Positions 38,093-52,109 of a stretch of DNA of 64,000 nucleotides are shown here, piece after piece (within the stretch, counting starts at the first letter, position 1; each line of letters starts with the position of its first letter). A model generated the notes under the pieces. It searched no databases, was not told the origin of the DNA, and worked only from the letters and a program-made list of their open reading frames with translations. Source of the stretch: Octopus sinensis (taxonomy: Eukaryota); assembly GCF_006345805.1 (NCBI RefSeq), contig NC_043007.1:26226001-26290000 (forward strand), given 5' to 3'. Made by a program: the position numbers and the translations under genes.

Positions 38093-38152
38093 CTCTCTCC
38101 CACAGTCTCTCTGTCTCTCACACTCAGTCTCTCAGTCTTTCACTCTCTCTCC

Positions 38153-38197
<45 letters not shown>

Positions 38198-38458
38198 TTC
38201 TCTGCTCATCAACCACACAAACTCCCATCCTCAGCAAATATCCCGATCCAGTTTCAATGATTCGCAACAACCACAAAAGAAACAAAAAAACAACAACAAA
38301 AATAACAACAACAATAACAACAAAAATAACAACAGCAACAACAACGAAAACAAAAACAGTAGCAGTAAAAACAACTACTTCATCAACAATAACAACAGCA
38401 ACAATTTCCAAACATCCTATCACAGTTATCTCTGTTACAAACGTTTAATTCCACTTTC

Positions 38459-38510
38459 GTATCCTAGCAACCGTTACGTTTAGATTAGGTGTCATGTTTC
38501 CCCTAGCAAC
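38459..38510. promoter_or_regulatory. Two RFX X-box-like sites
   Basis: GTATCCTAGCAAC (38459-38471) and GTTTCCCCTAGCAAC (38496-38510) resemble GTNRCC(N0-3)RGYAAC, each with one mismatch. Confidence 0.3.
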
Positions 38511-38955
38511 CGAATTAGATATAGTTTTATAATATCTTTTGTTATTTATTATTTTTGTTATGTTTTTATTAATACATTTATTTTATTTATGATTTATATA
38601 TATATATATATATAATATATATATATATATATTAATATATATATATATATATATATAGCTGTGAGATAGACCACTGACTGAACTTGTAGGCTATGTGTAC
38701 CTTGGCTGCTTCGCGAGCGAATGGCACGGTTGTGAAAAGGAAAGCGATCAGAACCTTAATTGTATGATGTGACCTCCATCATCAACCCCTCTACCCCACC
38801 ACACAGGGGGAGGAGTTAAAAGAGGAGGGAAAAAATTTGATCTCCTGATACCCCCAACCCCTCCGCTAGCGAGTTCAAGCTGTCGTTGATATAGTTATAG
38901 CTGCAGCGTTTGTTTTGTTAGGATGATGATGATGAGGAAGGTGATGGTCATGGCG

Positions 38956-38986
<31 letters not shown>

Positions 38987-39819
38987 ATAACATACTGTTA
39001 ACGGCGAAAGCAGTTATTAGTGTTGTGATGGAGATGATGACGATGATAATGATGATGATGGTGATGATGATGACGACGACGACGAAGACGATGATAATGA
39101 TGATGATGATGATGATGATGGGGAGGAGGAGGAGGAGGAGGAGGAGGAGGAGGAGGAGGAGAAGGATGATAAGGCGGAGGAGTGGAGAATAAAGATGGTG
39201 ATGATTTGAGATGGTGGTGGAAATGATAGTAATGATAATGATGATGCTGTTACCACCAATGAGGAGGATGAAGAGAGAGAAGGAGGAAGGGGAGGAAGAG
39301 GAGGAGGAGAAGAAGACAACGACGACGACGTCGTTGATGATGATGAGGAGGAAGGGGAGAAGAAGAAGAAGAAGAAGACGACGACGACCACGTCGATGAT
39401 GATGAGGATGATGATGATGAGGAGGAGGAGGAGGAGGAGGAGGACGTGAATGAATGCGAGGACAAAGATCAGCATCATCATTGTCCAAGCTATAACGATC
39501 GTGTTACCATCGTAGCGCTGATGTTATAACAACTATGGTTATTAAGACGACCAGAAGAAATGTGAGGTGTCGAGGGTGGAAGAGAAAGCACATGTCGTTG
39601 CAATAATAATAATACTAATAATAATAATAATGGTAATAATAATAAATGATAATAAATGATAATAATAAATGATAATAATAATAAATGATAATAATAATAA
39701 ATGATAATAATAACAACAACAACAGCAACAACAACAACAATAACAACAACAACAACAATGATGATAATAATAATAATAATAATAATAATAATAGCAACAA
39801 CAACAACAACAACAATAAC

Positions 39820-39851
<32 letters not shown>

Positions 39852-39860
39852 TAAATTAAT

Positions 39861-40184
39861 GCTATAGCCCCGGGCCGACCAATGCCTTGTGAGTGGATTT
39901 GGTAGACGGAAACTGAAAGAAGCCTGTCGTATCTATGTATATATATATATGTATGTATGTATGTGTGTGTGTTTGTGTGTCTGTGTTTGTCCCACTAGCA
40001 TTGCTTGACAACCGATGCTGGTGTGTTTACGTCCCCGTCACTTAGCGGTTCGGCAAAAGAGACCGATAGAATAAGTACTGGGCTTACAAAGAATAAGTCC
40101 TGGGGTCGATTTGCTCGACTAAAGGCGGTGCTCCAGCATGGCCGCAGTCAAATGACTGAAACAAGTAAAAGAGTAAAAGAGAGT
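39861..40184 (+). mobile_element. 5'-truncated SINE family A directly after (TAA)n
   Basis: Starts mid-consensus at gctatagccccgggccgacc. Confidence 0.9.
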
Positions 40185-40540
40185 AATACCAGCAGATGAC
40201 AACGTTTCTATAAAAGAAATGGAGAAACTTTCAAAATACAAAGACCTAGAAATAGAGGTAACTCGAATGTGGAATCTAAAATCAGAAACAATTCTTATCA
40301 TAGTAGGCGCATAGTAGGTATGATAAAAAATATTTAAACAAATACATAACAAAAATACCAGGACTTACAAATATATACAACATACAGAGAATTGCACTAC
40401 TGGGCACTGCACACATCCTACGCTTAAACACTTTCAATACAGTAACCATCAGAGCATCACAACAAACCACAGCACATACCGAAAGCACACAGAGCTGCGC
40501 TCGGTAGTGAAGTGAAAGCACGTTATAAAAATATAACTAC

Positions 40541-40541
<1 letters not shown>
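40183..40541 (+). mobile_element. 3' fragment of an R4/Dong-like RLE non-LTR retrotransposon, followed by (TAA)n
   Basis: VIPADDNVSIKEMEKLSKYKDLEIEVTRMWNLKSETILIIVGA*...NIQRIALLGTAHILR read manually; (TAA)n at 40542-40601. Confidence 0.8.
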
Positions 40542-40602
<61 letters not shown>

Positions 40603-42269
40603 CAAGTGAAGTGAAATGATGCAGTTAATTTTAATTGTAAGAACCAAAATATACTACCCATTGGTACTAATTATATCAGCCATGATTAGCTGTCAAGCAC
40701 GAAATGGCACCCTCCACCGGGATTTGAACTCTGAACATAGAAAGGCGAACATAATTTCAGTAAATCATTTACATCAGTATTCTGTCATTTGTGGTAACTG
40801 ATTTGTCACCCACTATTGAAAACATTTTGTTTTGCCAAACTAAAACCTAACAATCTTGCATTAAACCTGATGAATTCAACCCCGGAGATACAGACCACGT
40901 CAAAAACTTCCTTGATTTTTGTTCCAGTTGACATGTTTAAAATTGATTAAACACCGAGGGGATATCGTTTGTTTTCTATTGATAAACGAGAAGACAATAG
41001 AGAAATATCAATAAAAAGAGTTAATCTAATAGAAACAGGAAAAACAGTGAATGGCGACTGACAAGTAATGATAAGCCTCGTAGAAACTGTCGGCAATCTG
41101 TGTCGGTTATAATCATAATTATAATGAAATCCATGAATTTTAGGTGTCAATAAATATGGCGGCCGTTGTGGAAGAAAAATGGCTGGCATTTTGGACATCG
41201 AGTAGTTAACGGTGTGGAAGGACATGAATTGGAAATAACAAATATGTCTGCTCCTATCAGCAGTCAAATATATTGCTACCTACAAATTCTCTTAAGATAA
41301 TTAAGTCAAATACAGACTTGTCTGATTTTGTGTTTGGAGGGAATTGTATCATTTACTGTTGGGATTTTTCAGGTGGCGTTATTTCTAACCTCTGACATCA
41401 CAGTATCTTTACGATTTTTTTTTGTCAGTGCATCTGTCTGTGTCTCTCTCTGTCTGTCTTTTTGTTTTTCTCTCTCTCTCTCTTACTTCCACTCTCCCCT
41501 TCTCCTTCTCTCTCCCTCTCTCTTTTGCTCGCTCTTTCACTCTCTAACACTAGTCTACCACTTTTTCTTACTATCTCTCCTCACATTTTCTCTTCCACTT
41601 CACCCTCCTCGTTCTCTTCTCTCACTCTCCTCTCTTTCACTCACTCCCTCTCCATCTATCTCATCTCTGTCTCTCTCTTCTAGTGAATTAACAGTTACAC
41701 TGCAAGATTTAAGATAATACAACCTTTGTTAGCTAGCATTCCTCTTTCTCTCTTTCTACCTTCATACCAAATTAATATTCTTCATTTTATTCATTTGCTA
41801 TTGTGTGTTCATCAACTGAGCACCGATATTTTTTATATAAAATTGACGAGGTTTTTTCTTTTATTTGTCCCTTGTTTTCTTTACTAATATTGTTTGTGTT
41901 TGCATTTTTTTTTTTTTTGTCACCAATCTTTGATCAACTGTCATATTGTCTTTACGCAGGTCGAGGTTTTTTGACGTTAGCATTATGTCCCTCGGCATTG
42001 ACTACAGTTCCGGAATGTCGTAATGTCATTAATGTAATTAAAAACAAAGCAAAAAAAATAAAATAAAATAAAGAATATTCCAGAAACACAAAACCAGCCA
42101 AGACATGACTACCATAAAGAAAATGAAACATTTACATTCAAAAATTGAAACATAATCAAAGAAATCTAATTGTATAGTTGAAGAACATCCGGTGTGGAAT
42201 TCATGCTATTGTCACAGGATTTTTTAATAACAATTTAAGCATTTTTTTGTGTGTGTATGTGCTTGCCAA

Positions 42270-42303
<34 letters not shown>

Positions 42304-42809
42304 CGACGACGACGACGACGACGATGATGATGATCATGATGACGATTTTGATCATCTTTTTTCACGTATTACTTGTGTCAGTCCTTGGAGTGCAGCCATG
42401 CTGGGGCACAGCCTTAAGGGGGTATAGTCGAACGAATCGACCCACCACCACCACCAGAAATCAGTATTAAGTCCTGGTATGATTTCTCTTGCTTTCCTTT
42501 GCTGAAGCGTTAAGGTACGAGGTCTTAAACAAACGAATACCTATTGTCAAATGGTGAAGGAACGACAAACATAAACACAGTCATACGCAGACATCAAACA
42601 CACACACATATTCATGCGCGCACGCACGTAGACAGACAGGCACTCACACACACAAACAAACATACACAAACACACATACACGCATATATCGGCGCCGTAA
42701 TAAAACACCATTAAAACACCATTAAAACATCATTAAAACACCATTAAAACACCATTAAAAACAAACAGGAACAATAATAGTTCTTAAATTTGACAGAAAC
42801 GAGGAGGTT

Positions 42810-42880
42810 CATTCGCTGGTGTAAAGGTAACACATTTAGTCGCGTTAAAACAGGGATGTGGGTTCGTCTCCCACCCGGAT
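42810..42880 (+). other. tRNA-like Pol III element (degenerate SINE head or tRNA pseudogene)
   Basis: A-box-like tggtgtaaagg and B-box-like ggttcgtctcc about 35 nt apart; no clean cloverleaf. Confidence 0.35.
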
Positions 42881-44541
42881 AGGAAAGTCTTCTTTTTACT
42901 GTCGAGACCTTATATGTCCCTTTATTGGACTATTTTCCTTAGTCATTGCACGATGATCACTATAAGCTTATATAAAAATGCCATTGCTATTTTTTACAGG
43001 ATTATAAACTCTGCGCCGTATAAAAACACCATTTGCACTGAAAGCCTATATGTATATATATATATATATTTGTGTGTATGTGTGTGTGTGTGTGTGTGTA
43101 TGTATTATATAAGTATAGGGAGAATTCAAAAATAAAACAAAAACGAAGACAGGTGGTGTAGACAATAAAGAGATGTATTAGTTATTAGTTTAACGCTCGG
43201 GAAGTGAAAAAGTCTTTAACGTTTCCAACCTACGCTCTTCCACAGGAAGGAACACAGAAAGAAACAAGGAGAGAAAATAAAGAATGTGTACTGGTTAGCG
43301 ATCTATCATGGCGAATGCCGGACAGAAGGCCCGCACAGGAGAGCTAGGGCGAAGGGGAGATAATAAAGTGGTGGTGATCCCAAAATGAAGGTGCGCGTGT
43401 GTGTGTATAAGAGAATTTTTATGTGCGTGTGGAAGAGGGCTGGTGATCTTGACGTGTGCGTGTGTGTATGTGTAGGTGTGAAAATGTGGTTCTGTGAAGT
43501 GGTCAGTGGTGATGTGTTCGTGGTGGTGTGTTGTGATGTGATGTGTTGTGTGGTATGGTGGTGTAAGGTGTAGTGGTGTGTGCTGTGTGGTGTGATGGTG
43601 TTGGGAGGTGGGGAGGCGGGAGTGGGGAAAGCAAAGTTGGGGTGTGGGTTAGGCTGAAAATGGGGTAGGTGTGGCGTATGTGGGTGAACGGATGTTGGGG
43701 GTAGATGTGGGGTATGTCGGTAGGCGGAGGGTGGGGGTAGAGGTGGAAGCATGTGGGAGTGAGTGTAAGGGATGAGGTGGGGTGAGATGGGGAAGAGAGA
43801 GACACAAACCATAATTATTCAGCCACTTGACTACATAGAAACAACTCCTGTCCATTCTACCACTCGACCCATCAAATTTAGAGAACCTTAATTTGGGACT
43901 GTCGCTAGACATGTCCATTCAACCGTGCCAGCTTTGATTCTCGGAGCAAAAACTTATTGTCATATATTAACACACGGACGTAGTGGGGAACCCACATAAA
44001 TTTCTAAGATTAGTACAAATCACGAGATCTTCCTCTACTACAGATAAGATTCAAACAGCCCTGACCGCTACAGATTATCAGCAGACGTGTTCACTCAACG
44101 GTGACAGCTTTAACTAACGACGCCAAACATATTGTAACATGGCATTAAAGAATGGACGTAGCGGAGGTCTTACAAAAATTTCTAAACCTGATCACGTGAT
44201 CATACTCGACCAATCTAAATGTATGCAATAAAGATACTGATTTAAGCCATGTTCTTTCTATAAAAGTAAGAAATTTATTGAATTCCAATCTGAAGCAAGA
44301 CAATTTCAGCATAAGTCCATGTCTTTTGTTGTCAACTTTCGAAAAGCAGAGGAATCTGTAAAACCAGTATTCTTTCAATATTTTAAAATAAAAAACCGAA
44401 AGGAATCCCAGTGCATTTTGAACTTCTCTATATTTCTACCCATGTGGAATTAAATTGCATTGTTTTCTCTCTCTTTCTCTCCACCCCTCTATCTCTATTT
44501 TTCTCTCTCTTTCTCTCTCTATCTTTATACACAGACATACA

Positions 44542-44587
<46 letters not shown>

Positions 44588-44592
44588 CAGAC

Positions 44593-44664
<72 letters not shown>

Positions 44665-44760
44665 ATAATAATATCAGGGTAATAAAGATTTAAGAAATTT
44701 TTTCTACTGTGGCCTAGCGTTTAGAAAATTAGTCAATAGACTATATGTTATTCATATAAA

Positions 44761-44905
44761 TACAGTGTACATTTAAACACATAAGAGGTATCCGTCATAT
44801 GATTCCTGGCACGCTAGAAGGATTAGCCAATTTGGATTTTGGCTACTCCTTCTAGCGTGCCAGGAAATCTATGACGGATATTCTTATGTGTTTAAATATA
44901 CAATG

Positions 44906-44908
<3 letters not shown>
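44761..44908. repeat. Imperfect hairpin with ~70-bp arms (palindromic MITE-like)
   Basis: tacagtgtacatttaaacacataagagg...ttagccaa versus ttggctac...ttaaatatacaatgta. Confidence 0.85.
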
Positions 44909-44954
<46 letters not shown>

Positions 44955-45759
44955 CCGAATTTGTGTTAATGTAAACAGCAAGCTAATTGGTTAAAATAAA
45001 GGCGGGATATATCCCAGTGACATCGGTACGCCCGGAAAACCGTGACAAATCCGTGTTCCAAAAACTCGGCTTGTTAGAGCCTGCTAAGAGGTACAAAAAA
45101 AAATCAGTCATGTTACTACAGTCGTCAAAAACACAAATCTCAGTTAAATACATTTTGAAAACTAATTATTACTACGTACGTATGAAAGCGCTAATTGAAC
45201 TTTATGAAGCTTACAGAATACTTTTTAATGTTTAACACAAGCTTGTGTCGTGTAGCCAACTAGAAACGAAAAATACACCTCCGGAAGTTCTTGTTGACAA
45301 ACAATGGCAGTAATTTTATTCAGCTGAATAAACGTCATTGATTGGTTGAAATTACCGAAATAGGACTACTTTAACGTGAAATTACTTAGTAAATATAAGT
45401 TTTCCTCAAAAATGCTAGGAGTAAAAGATGTTTTATATGACACATTCTACCAGTGTCCGAAGTTTGAAAGTGTTTAGTTACAAAAAATCATTTTTTAAAT
45501 CTGTTGGTCAAAAGGTAAAGATCCAGAAAACCTTGAGAAAGTCGGTTAATTTAATCAGCTCGTAGGACTGCCTGCCTGGTGTTCATGATCGAAGAGGAGA
45601 TAACTACTCCGAAATGCTTGCATCTGACGGCTTCGGTTGTATACACATTTGTCAACAAACGGGTTATATTTTCCGTGACAAAACGCAGTATCTAATTCAC
45701 CGGTTCGAACGTGCCTCAAGCATATTCGGACTGATAACATTACACTAATATCAAAATAT

Positions 45760-46062
45760 GTGGAAGTACATGGCCTAGTGATTAGAGCAGCGGACTCGCG
45801 GTTGAGGGATCGCGGGTTCGAATCTCAGACCGGGCGTTGTATGTGTATATGAGCGAAACACCTAAGCTCCACGCAGCTCCGGCAGAAGGTAATGACGAAC
45901 TTCTGCTGACTCTTTTGCCACAACTTTCTCTCACTCTTTCCTCCTGCTTCCTTCACGTTCACCTGCGACGGACCGGTGTCCCGTCCAGGTGGGGAACCTT
46001 TATGTCAAGGAAACTGGGAAACCGGCCCTTATGAGCCAGGCATGGCTCGAGAAGGAACAAAC
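45760..46062 (+). mobile_element. SINE family C, diverged, tail C-like
   Basis: tRNA-Arg-like head plus gaaactgggaaaccggccc tail. Confidence 0.75.
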
Positions 46063-46203
46063 AATATCAGAATATGAACTCACTGTAAGAAACAAGACAA
46101 CAGGTATAAATATATGCATAAAGTATAAAAAGATCTCTTGGCAGGGATTTTTCTTTTTCTCTTTTTTTTTTTGCCACGATAAATGCATGTTGGAATATTT
46201 CAG

Positions 46204-46253
46204 AATATCTACACGAAATATTTCGGACAGCAGGAATCAACAAGCCCCACGAA
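46204..46253 (+). other. Candidate 50-nt coding exon
   Basis: Poly-pyrimidine tract upstream, atttcag|AATATC...CACGAA|gtaaga; open frame EYLHEIFRTAGINKPHE; no homology recognised. Confidence 0.3.
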
Positions 46254-46619
46254 GTAAGAAAGAAACGCGTTGGCAGAATACAAGAAAATCTGTACAGCAA
46301 GCGAATCATGAGAAGGATTTCAAAATCAAGAATTCATTGCATTTTGAGGCGTTGTTATTTGAATTGTTACATTCCAAGAATAATCTATGTTTTTAATAAA
46401 GATCATACGGAATGATGAGTGGAGTTTTACTAGTGCTACTTGGCAAGATGCGTAGAAAATGAACACTTTTTTTTAAATATCAGTTTGAGTAATGAGGCAC
46501 CATTTTAATTAAATGATTCAATTAACCACCACAGTCGCACCTACCAGATACCAGAGAATCTACATATTACATAGAAGCATCGTGTCAGTATGGTGGCAGT
46601 AACTGATGCACTTTACGAT

Positions 46620-47117
46620 CAAGAACGTAGCGGCAGACAAAATACCTATTTCTTTACTACACACAAGGGGCTAAACACAAAGAGGAGGAACAAGGACAGA
46701 CAAACAGATAAATCGATTATAAAGGACAGATAAATCGATTATATCGACCCCAGTGTGTAACTGGTACTTATTTAATCGACCCCGAAAGGATGAAAGGCAA
46801 AGTCGACCTCGGCGGAATTTGAACGCAGAACGTAACGGCAGACGAATTACGGCTACGCATTTCGCCCGGCGTGCTAACGATTCTGCCAGCTCGCCGCCTT
46901 TAGCGGCAGACAAAATACCGCTAAGCATATTGACATGGCTTGCTAACGATTCCGCCAGCTCGCTGCCTTCAGGATAAGAAATAATAATAATAATTTATTC
47001 TTTTATTAGCCGTAAGGGCTCATAAACGAATCAAAACTCACAATAGGGGAGACTAAGATCCTCGTGGAAAACCCCACAAAAGCCACGGGTGCCTGAACAA
47101 CAGAACAAGAGCCTTTG

Positions 47118-47149
<32 letters not shown>

Positions 47150-47570
47150 CCTTTCTACTGGAAGCACAAACCCTCAAATTTGGGGGAGGGGATTAAGTCG
47201 ATTTATATCGACCCCCAGTGCGTAGCTGGTTCTTATTTAATCGACCCCGTTCTGAGTTCTGAGTTCAAGTACCCTCGACATTGCCTTTTTTCCCATCGCG
47301 ATTGATAAAATAAGAACCTTTTCTACTCTAAGTACAAAGCCTGAAACTTTTGAGGAGGGGACCAGACGATTAGATCGACTCCAGTACGCAACTGGTACTT
47401 AATTTATCGAACCCGAAAGGATGAAAGGCAAAGTCGACCTCGGCGGAATTTGAACTCAGAACGTAACGGCAGACGAAATACCGCAAAGCATTTCGTCAGG
47501 TATGCTAACGTTTCTGTCAGCTCGCCGCCTTAACATAAAGACGGACGAAATGCTGCTAAGCATTTTGCCC
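46620..47570 (-). mobile_element. Cluster of family B SINEs and partial modules
   Basis: Repeated family B consensus at 46620-46968 and 47148-47570. Confidence 0.8.
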
Positions 47571-47779
47571 GGCCTTTGATAAAATAAGAACTAGGAGTGA
47601 ACTGGGATCGATATAATTAACTTATCCTCTCACGCCAACTTGCTAACCGGGGGCGAAAATTTGAAGCCATAATTATTTTTATGAAAGTCTCACCCCTTTG
47701 TGATCGTTAATTCTGTCGATTAAAGATAATAAAACGTATATATTCATGTATTGAGTGGGTAGCGATTTTCTTTTCTACT

Positions 47780-48190
47780 TCAGGGCGTGACGACCCTGCC
47801 TGACACGAGTCCCGGGTTCAGCTAGCTCCGGCTGACAGTACCCAGTATGGGGCCCCCTATCCAGGGTTACGGATACAACCTTCATAGAAATCCGGAGTGG
47901 ACCCCCGTAAACGGTTTAGTGTTCGACTCGACACTCTTCCGGTAGCTCCTGCAACCAAGCTGGTGCCAAACGTAATGCTCTGCACTCCTTTGGACTATGT
48001 CAGCAAGGTCGAGAGAGGAATCCTGACGATTGGGCTACCGAGGATTTTCTTACATCTCGCCCAGGCCTGCGCAAGACTGGAGAGGAAACTGATGGGGACA
48101 TGAAATGTAAAACCCAGACTGCATTAGTTTATGCGCAACTCTATTGACTTCCGAAACTAAAGGATGCCAACAACAACAATCGAGCTCAGA
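47780..48190 (+). mobile_element. GC-rich repeat-like segment, possibly an RTE-clade LINE 5' region
   Basis: GC-rich island that I recall as resembling RTE 5' UTRs; not verified. Confidence 0.25.
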
Positions 48191-48198
48191 TCTATATG

Positions 48199-48256
<58 letters not shown>

Positions 48257-49740
48257 CGTATCTAGTGAGAGGTTCTGATAATTTTAGTCCTGTTACAATG
48301 GGGAAAAATAATCCAATATTTAAGAGGTAAAACAATGCAAATTGGACTGTCATTGGAGGAAAACCGGTTCAAACTAAAGATGGAACGAAAAATTGCAAAA
48401 CAAAATCAATATGAAACGAAATTCTGAAGCGTAAATGACAATGTTTTCTTTCGGTAACGAAGAAACCAGAAAGTTTTATAACAAACGGACCCCTTCCCCT
48501 ATTTTCTCTTTCATGCTTTGCTTTTTGGAAATTACAGAGAGAACATTCGAGAGAAGAGATTGATTTATTTGCAGTTTCTTGCGTATACAAATTCATCTCA
48601 TCGGCACAATAGAATTACTTCCAATAGCTCATTTTAGTTTGTGATTATGCAAATTATTACTACGCAGAAATCTTCGTAACTTTTTTTCCCCATAGCTGTA
48701 AAATACAAAACATTGTTAACCATTCAAAGCAGGCTTGGTTTTTCACTATGCTTCGCTGACAAGGTATAATGCTTCCGAAACATGTTCATAACTATTACCC
48801 TATTTGCTAACAAAGATCAAAATTTTTTTTGCAAGTATGTTAATTAATTTTGTCAAATTAATTCTGAATTTCTTAAAATTAAAATCATCCCCTCCTTTAT
48901 TAGAAAGCTCTTTAACAATTACTGCCGTGTTGTCATTTTCTCTATTTAACTAACAAGTAATTTTAATTAATTGATATATTTTCTGGTGTCATTCCCAACG
49001 TCGCCCTTCAAATTATTTATTTATTTTCGTTTCTGGCACGTATTTTAGACATATTTTTCCCTCCATTCTTCTTCTTTGGTCTGGCGTAGAGGAACTTACG
49101 AATATGTCAGTTAGAAAAAAGAACTTCCGGTATGCTATTTATATTTTGTTATTTTGTACTTTATGATTTTATATTTTATATATTAATATATTATTATTCT
49201 TTTACCATTATATTCCTTCCTTCTTTTCCTTGTTCTTTTTCCTCCCTTTTTTTCCCCCTTCACGGTTAAACGGATTTTTCTTAACAACGGCATCTCATCT
49301 CACACAAAGAAATTACATCGCGGTGTTCCCCAAGGGAGACGAGAGAAAGAGATTGACTGGGATCTAAAGTATTTCATTACCCAAGATTGGATGAAAGTAA
49401 CGAGGTGTGGATACGAATTGATTTTCCTTCCCTTTTTATCTCCCTCCCCAACCTTTTCCCCACCCCTCCACTTTTCGCTTTCGTTTCTTCACCTTCTTTT
49501 TTCTCTCAACAACTCAACCCTCTTATTTATCTCGCTATCTATTTCTCTTTCACCTCCCTCCCATCCTTCCCTCGCCCCACACTCTCCACTTCATTTTTCC
49601 ATCTCTTACTGATCTTATCTCGCTACTTTAGCTATCGGGATGTCTCAACTACAGCTTCCATTCCTCCATAAAAACGAAACGATGGCCGAAGACGTAAACA
49701 TTTGCAGACACAATGGAAACGGAAAACAAATAGACAAAAA

Positions 49741-49771
<31 letters not shown>

Positions 49772-50129
49772 GTAAATAAATAATCTCAAAGAACAAGATT
49801 TATAACTATAATAACCAAAATTATTATCTTTATTGTTGTCTCTGCTTATTAATATCTTCGTGTCTTTTTCATATTATTGTTAATTTTGTTGTGAAATCAT
49901 CACCGCCATTATTGTTATTATTATCGTTGTCGTTGTTGTTGTCGTTGTTGTTGTTGCTGTTGTTGTTGTTGTTGTTGTTGTACGTTCGGTCCGTGTAAGT
50001 GTGTGATGCGTGTCAGCATGAAGTGATAGGTGACTGGTTAAAGGGACAAACAGCGCAAAAAGTGACGGGTGTGAAAGAAAGGGGAAGTCTTTCTTATCGC
50101 ACAACAAATCAGACGCTAATAAAGATCAC

Positions 50130-50179
<50 letters not shown>

Positions 50180-50203
50180 CGGTGGTGGTGGTGGTGGTTG
50201 TGG

Positions 50204-50234
<31 letters not shown>

Positions 50235-50265
50235 GGTGGTGGTTGTGGTTGTGGTGAAGGTGCTC

Positions 50266-50306
<41 letters not shown>

Positions 50307-50478
50307 AATAATAATAATAATAATAGTAATTACTTCTATTATGACATGTTCGATAATGATATTAATAACAATAAGCAATAAGCGAAAACAAAGATAACTC
50401 GATGATGATGATGACGACGACAACGACGACGATGACAACGACGACGACGACGATGACAACGACGACGACGACGACGAC

Positions 50479-50513
<35 letters not shown>

Positions 50514-51775
50514 CGATGATGATGATGAGGAGGGGGTGAATGACGACGATGACGATGATGATGATGATGATGAAGATCATGATCATGATGACGACGACGA
50601 CGGTGACAACAAGGATGATGACAAATGACGATGACGACGACGACGATGAGGAAGAGGGGGGTGACGATTACGATGTCTGAGGATGACGATGACGATGACG
50701 ATGATGAAAGGTGAAAGAAGTGACATCAGAGGTTTCCATGGAGACATAATTGCACGTTAGTTAGTTTATAAAGGTGCGTGTACGGAGCGATGGTCGTGTG
50801 AATATGAAAGGAAGCGGAAGATGGACAAAAACTTTCACGTGGAACAATGGAAGAGAAAAATAAAACAAAACAAAAAATTACAATAACACAAAAATAACAA
50901 AATAACAACAACAACAAGAGCAAAACCAACTGCTCGAAGGAGGATGGTGCTGTCCCTCCTCTTATAAGTTCTTTTATTGGTGTAAAATTATCCACATGGG
51001 GTTTTTTTCCAGAAGAAAAAGAGAGTGAGAGAGAGATGGTGGTGGAGGTGGCTCGAAAATAACGCGCGACAAACCGTTAAATAAATATGATCTGCAAGTT
51101 AAGAGACTAATGAGTATATATTGGGACATAATGGATTTAGAGAATTTCCAGAAGAAACGAGAGAAAAGGGGCCGTGGCGTAGGCGGTGGCGGAGGCGGTG
51201 GCGTAGGCGGTGGCGGGCCAGGAAGATGGAAAGGAAGAGTTGTTCCAATTTAAAGATGAAAGACGATATGTTATAGATATTTCATTATTCATGAACTATA
51301 AAGTACTCATCAAAATGTATGGGTAATCGGCGAACGGCAGACATTTTATGTTCGACGTAACGCGTTGTTCTCTCGGATTTGATTCCACTTGTGAGCGTGT
51401 GCGCATGTGTGTGTATGTGTGTATATATGTGTGTGTATACGTGTACGTGTATGTGTGTGTGTGTATGTATTTATGTATGTATCTATGTAATACACTTGTG
51501 TGTATGCATGCATGTATGTATGTATGTCTGTATATTCTTTTGTTCTTTTATTTTTTTCAGTTATTTTACTGTGGCCAGGCTGGAGCACCGCATTTAGTCG
51601 AACAAATCAACCTCAGAACTTATTCTTTGTAAGCTTAGTACTTATTCTATCGGTCTCTTTAGCCGAAGTGCTAAGTTACGGGGACGTAAGCACACCGACG
51701 TGGCACGCAGTGGGACTGAACCCGGAACCATGCAGTTGGTAAGCAAGCAACTTACCACACAGACACTCCTGGAGA

Positions 51776-51831
<56 letters not shown>

Positions 51832-52109
51832 ATATATATGAATTTATAGTCTAATATATGGATTCATAGAATCGTGTGGATATCACACAAAGCTCCTCTG
51901 GCGAACTCAGCTAGCAGACCACATAATAATCCAATATGGAGGAGGATTATGCAGCGTTCTATGCCGTTGAAATTCAGTAAATCCCATTCATGAGAAGATT
52001 ATTTTACTCCTCAGTACTGGACCGCTGATTTTGCAACAAGCAAAAACGCTAGTACTGAAATCTCTCCAAGAGATCAATGCAGTAGTTGTACTGACAAGCA
52101 ATATTCGTA

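Noticed and set aside
43560-43800. G-rich tract with G-quadruplex potential
   Set aside because: Looks like a degenerate (GT)/(GGT) microsatellite; nothing indicates function
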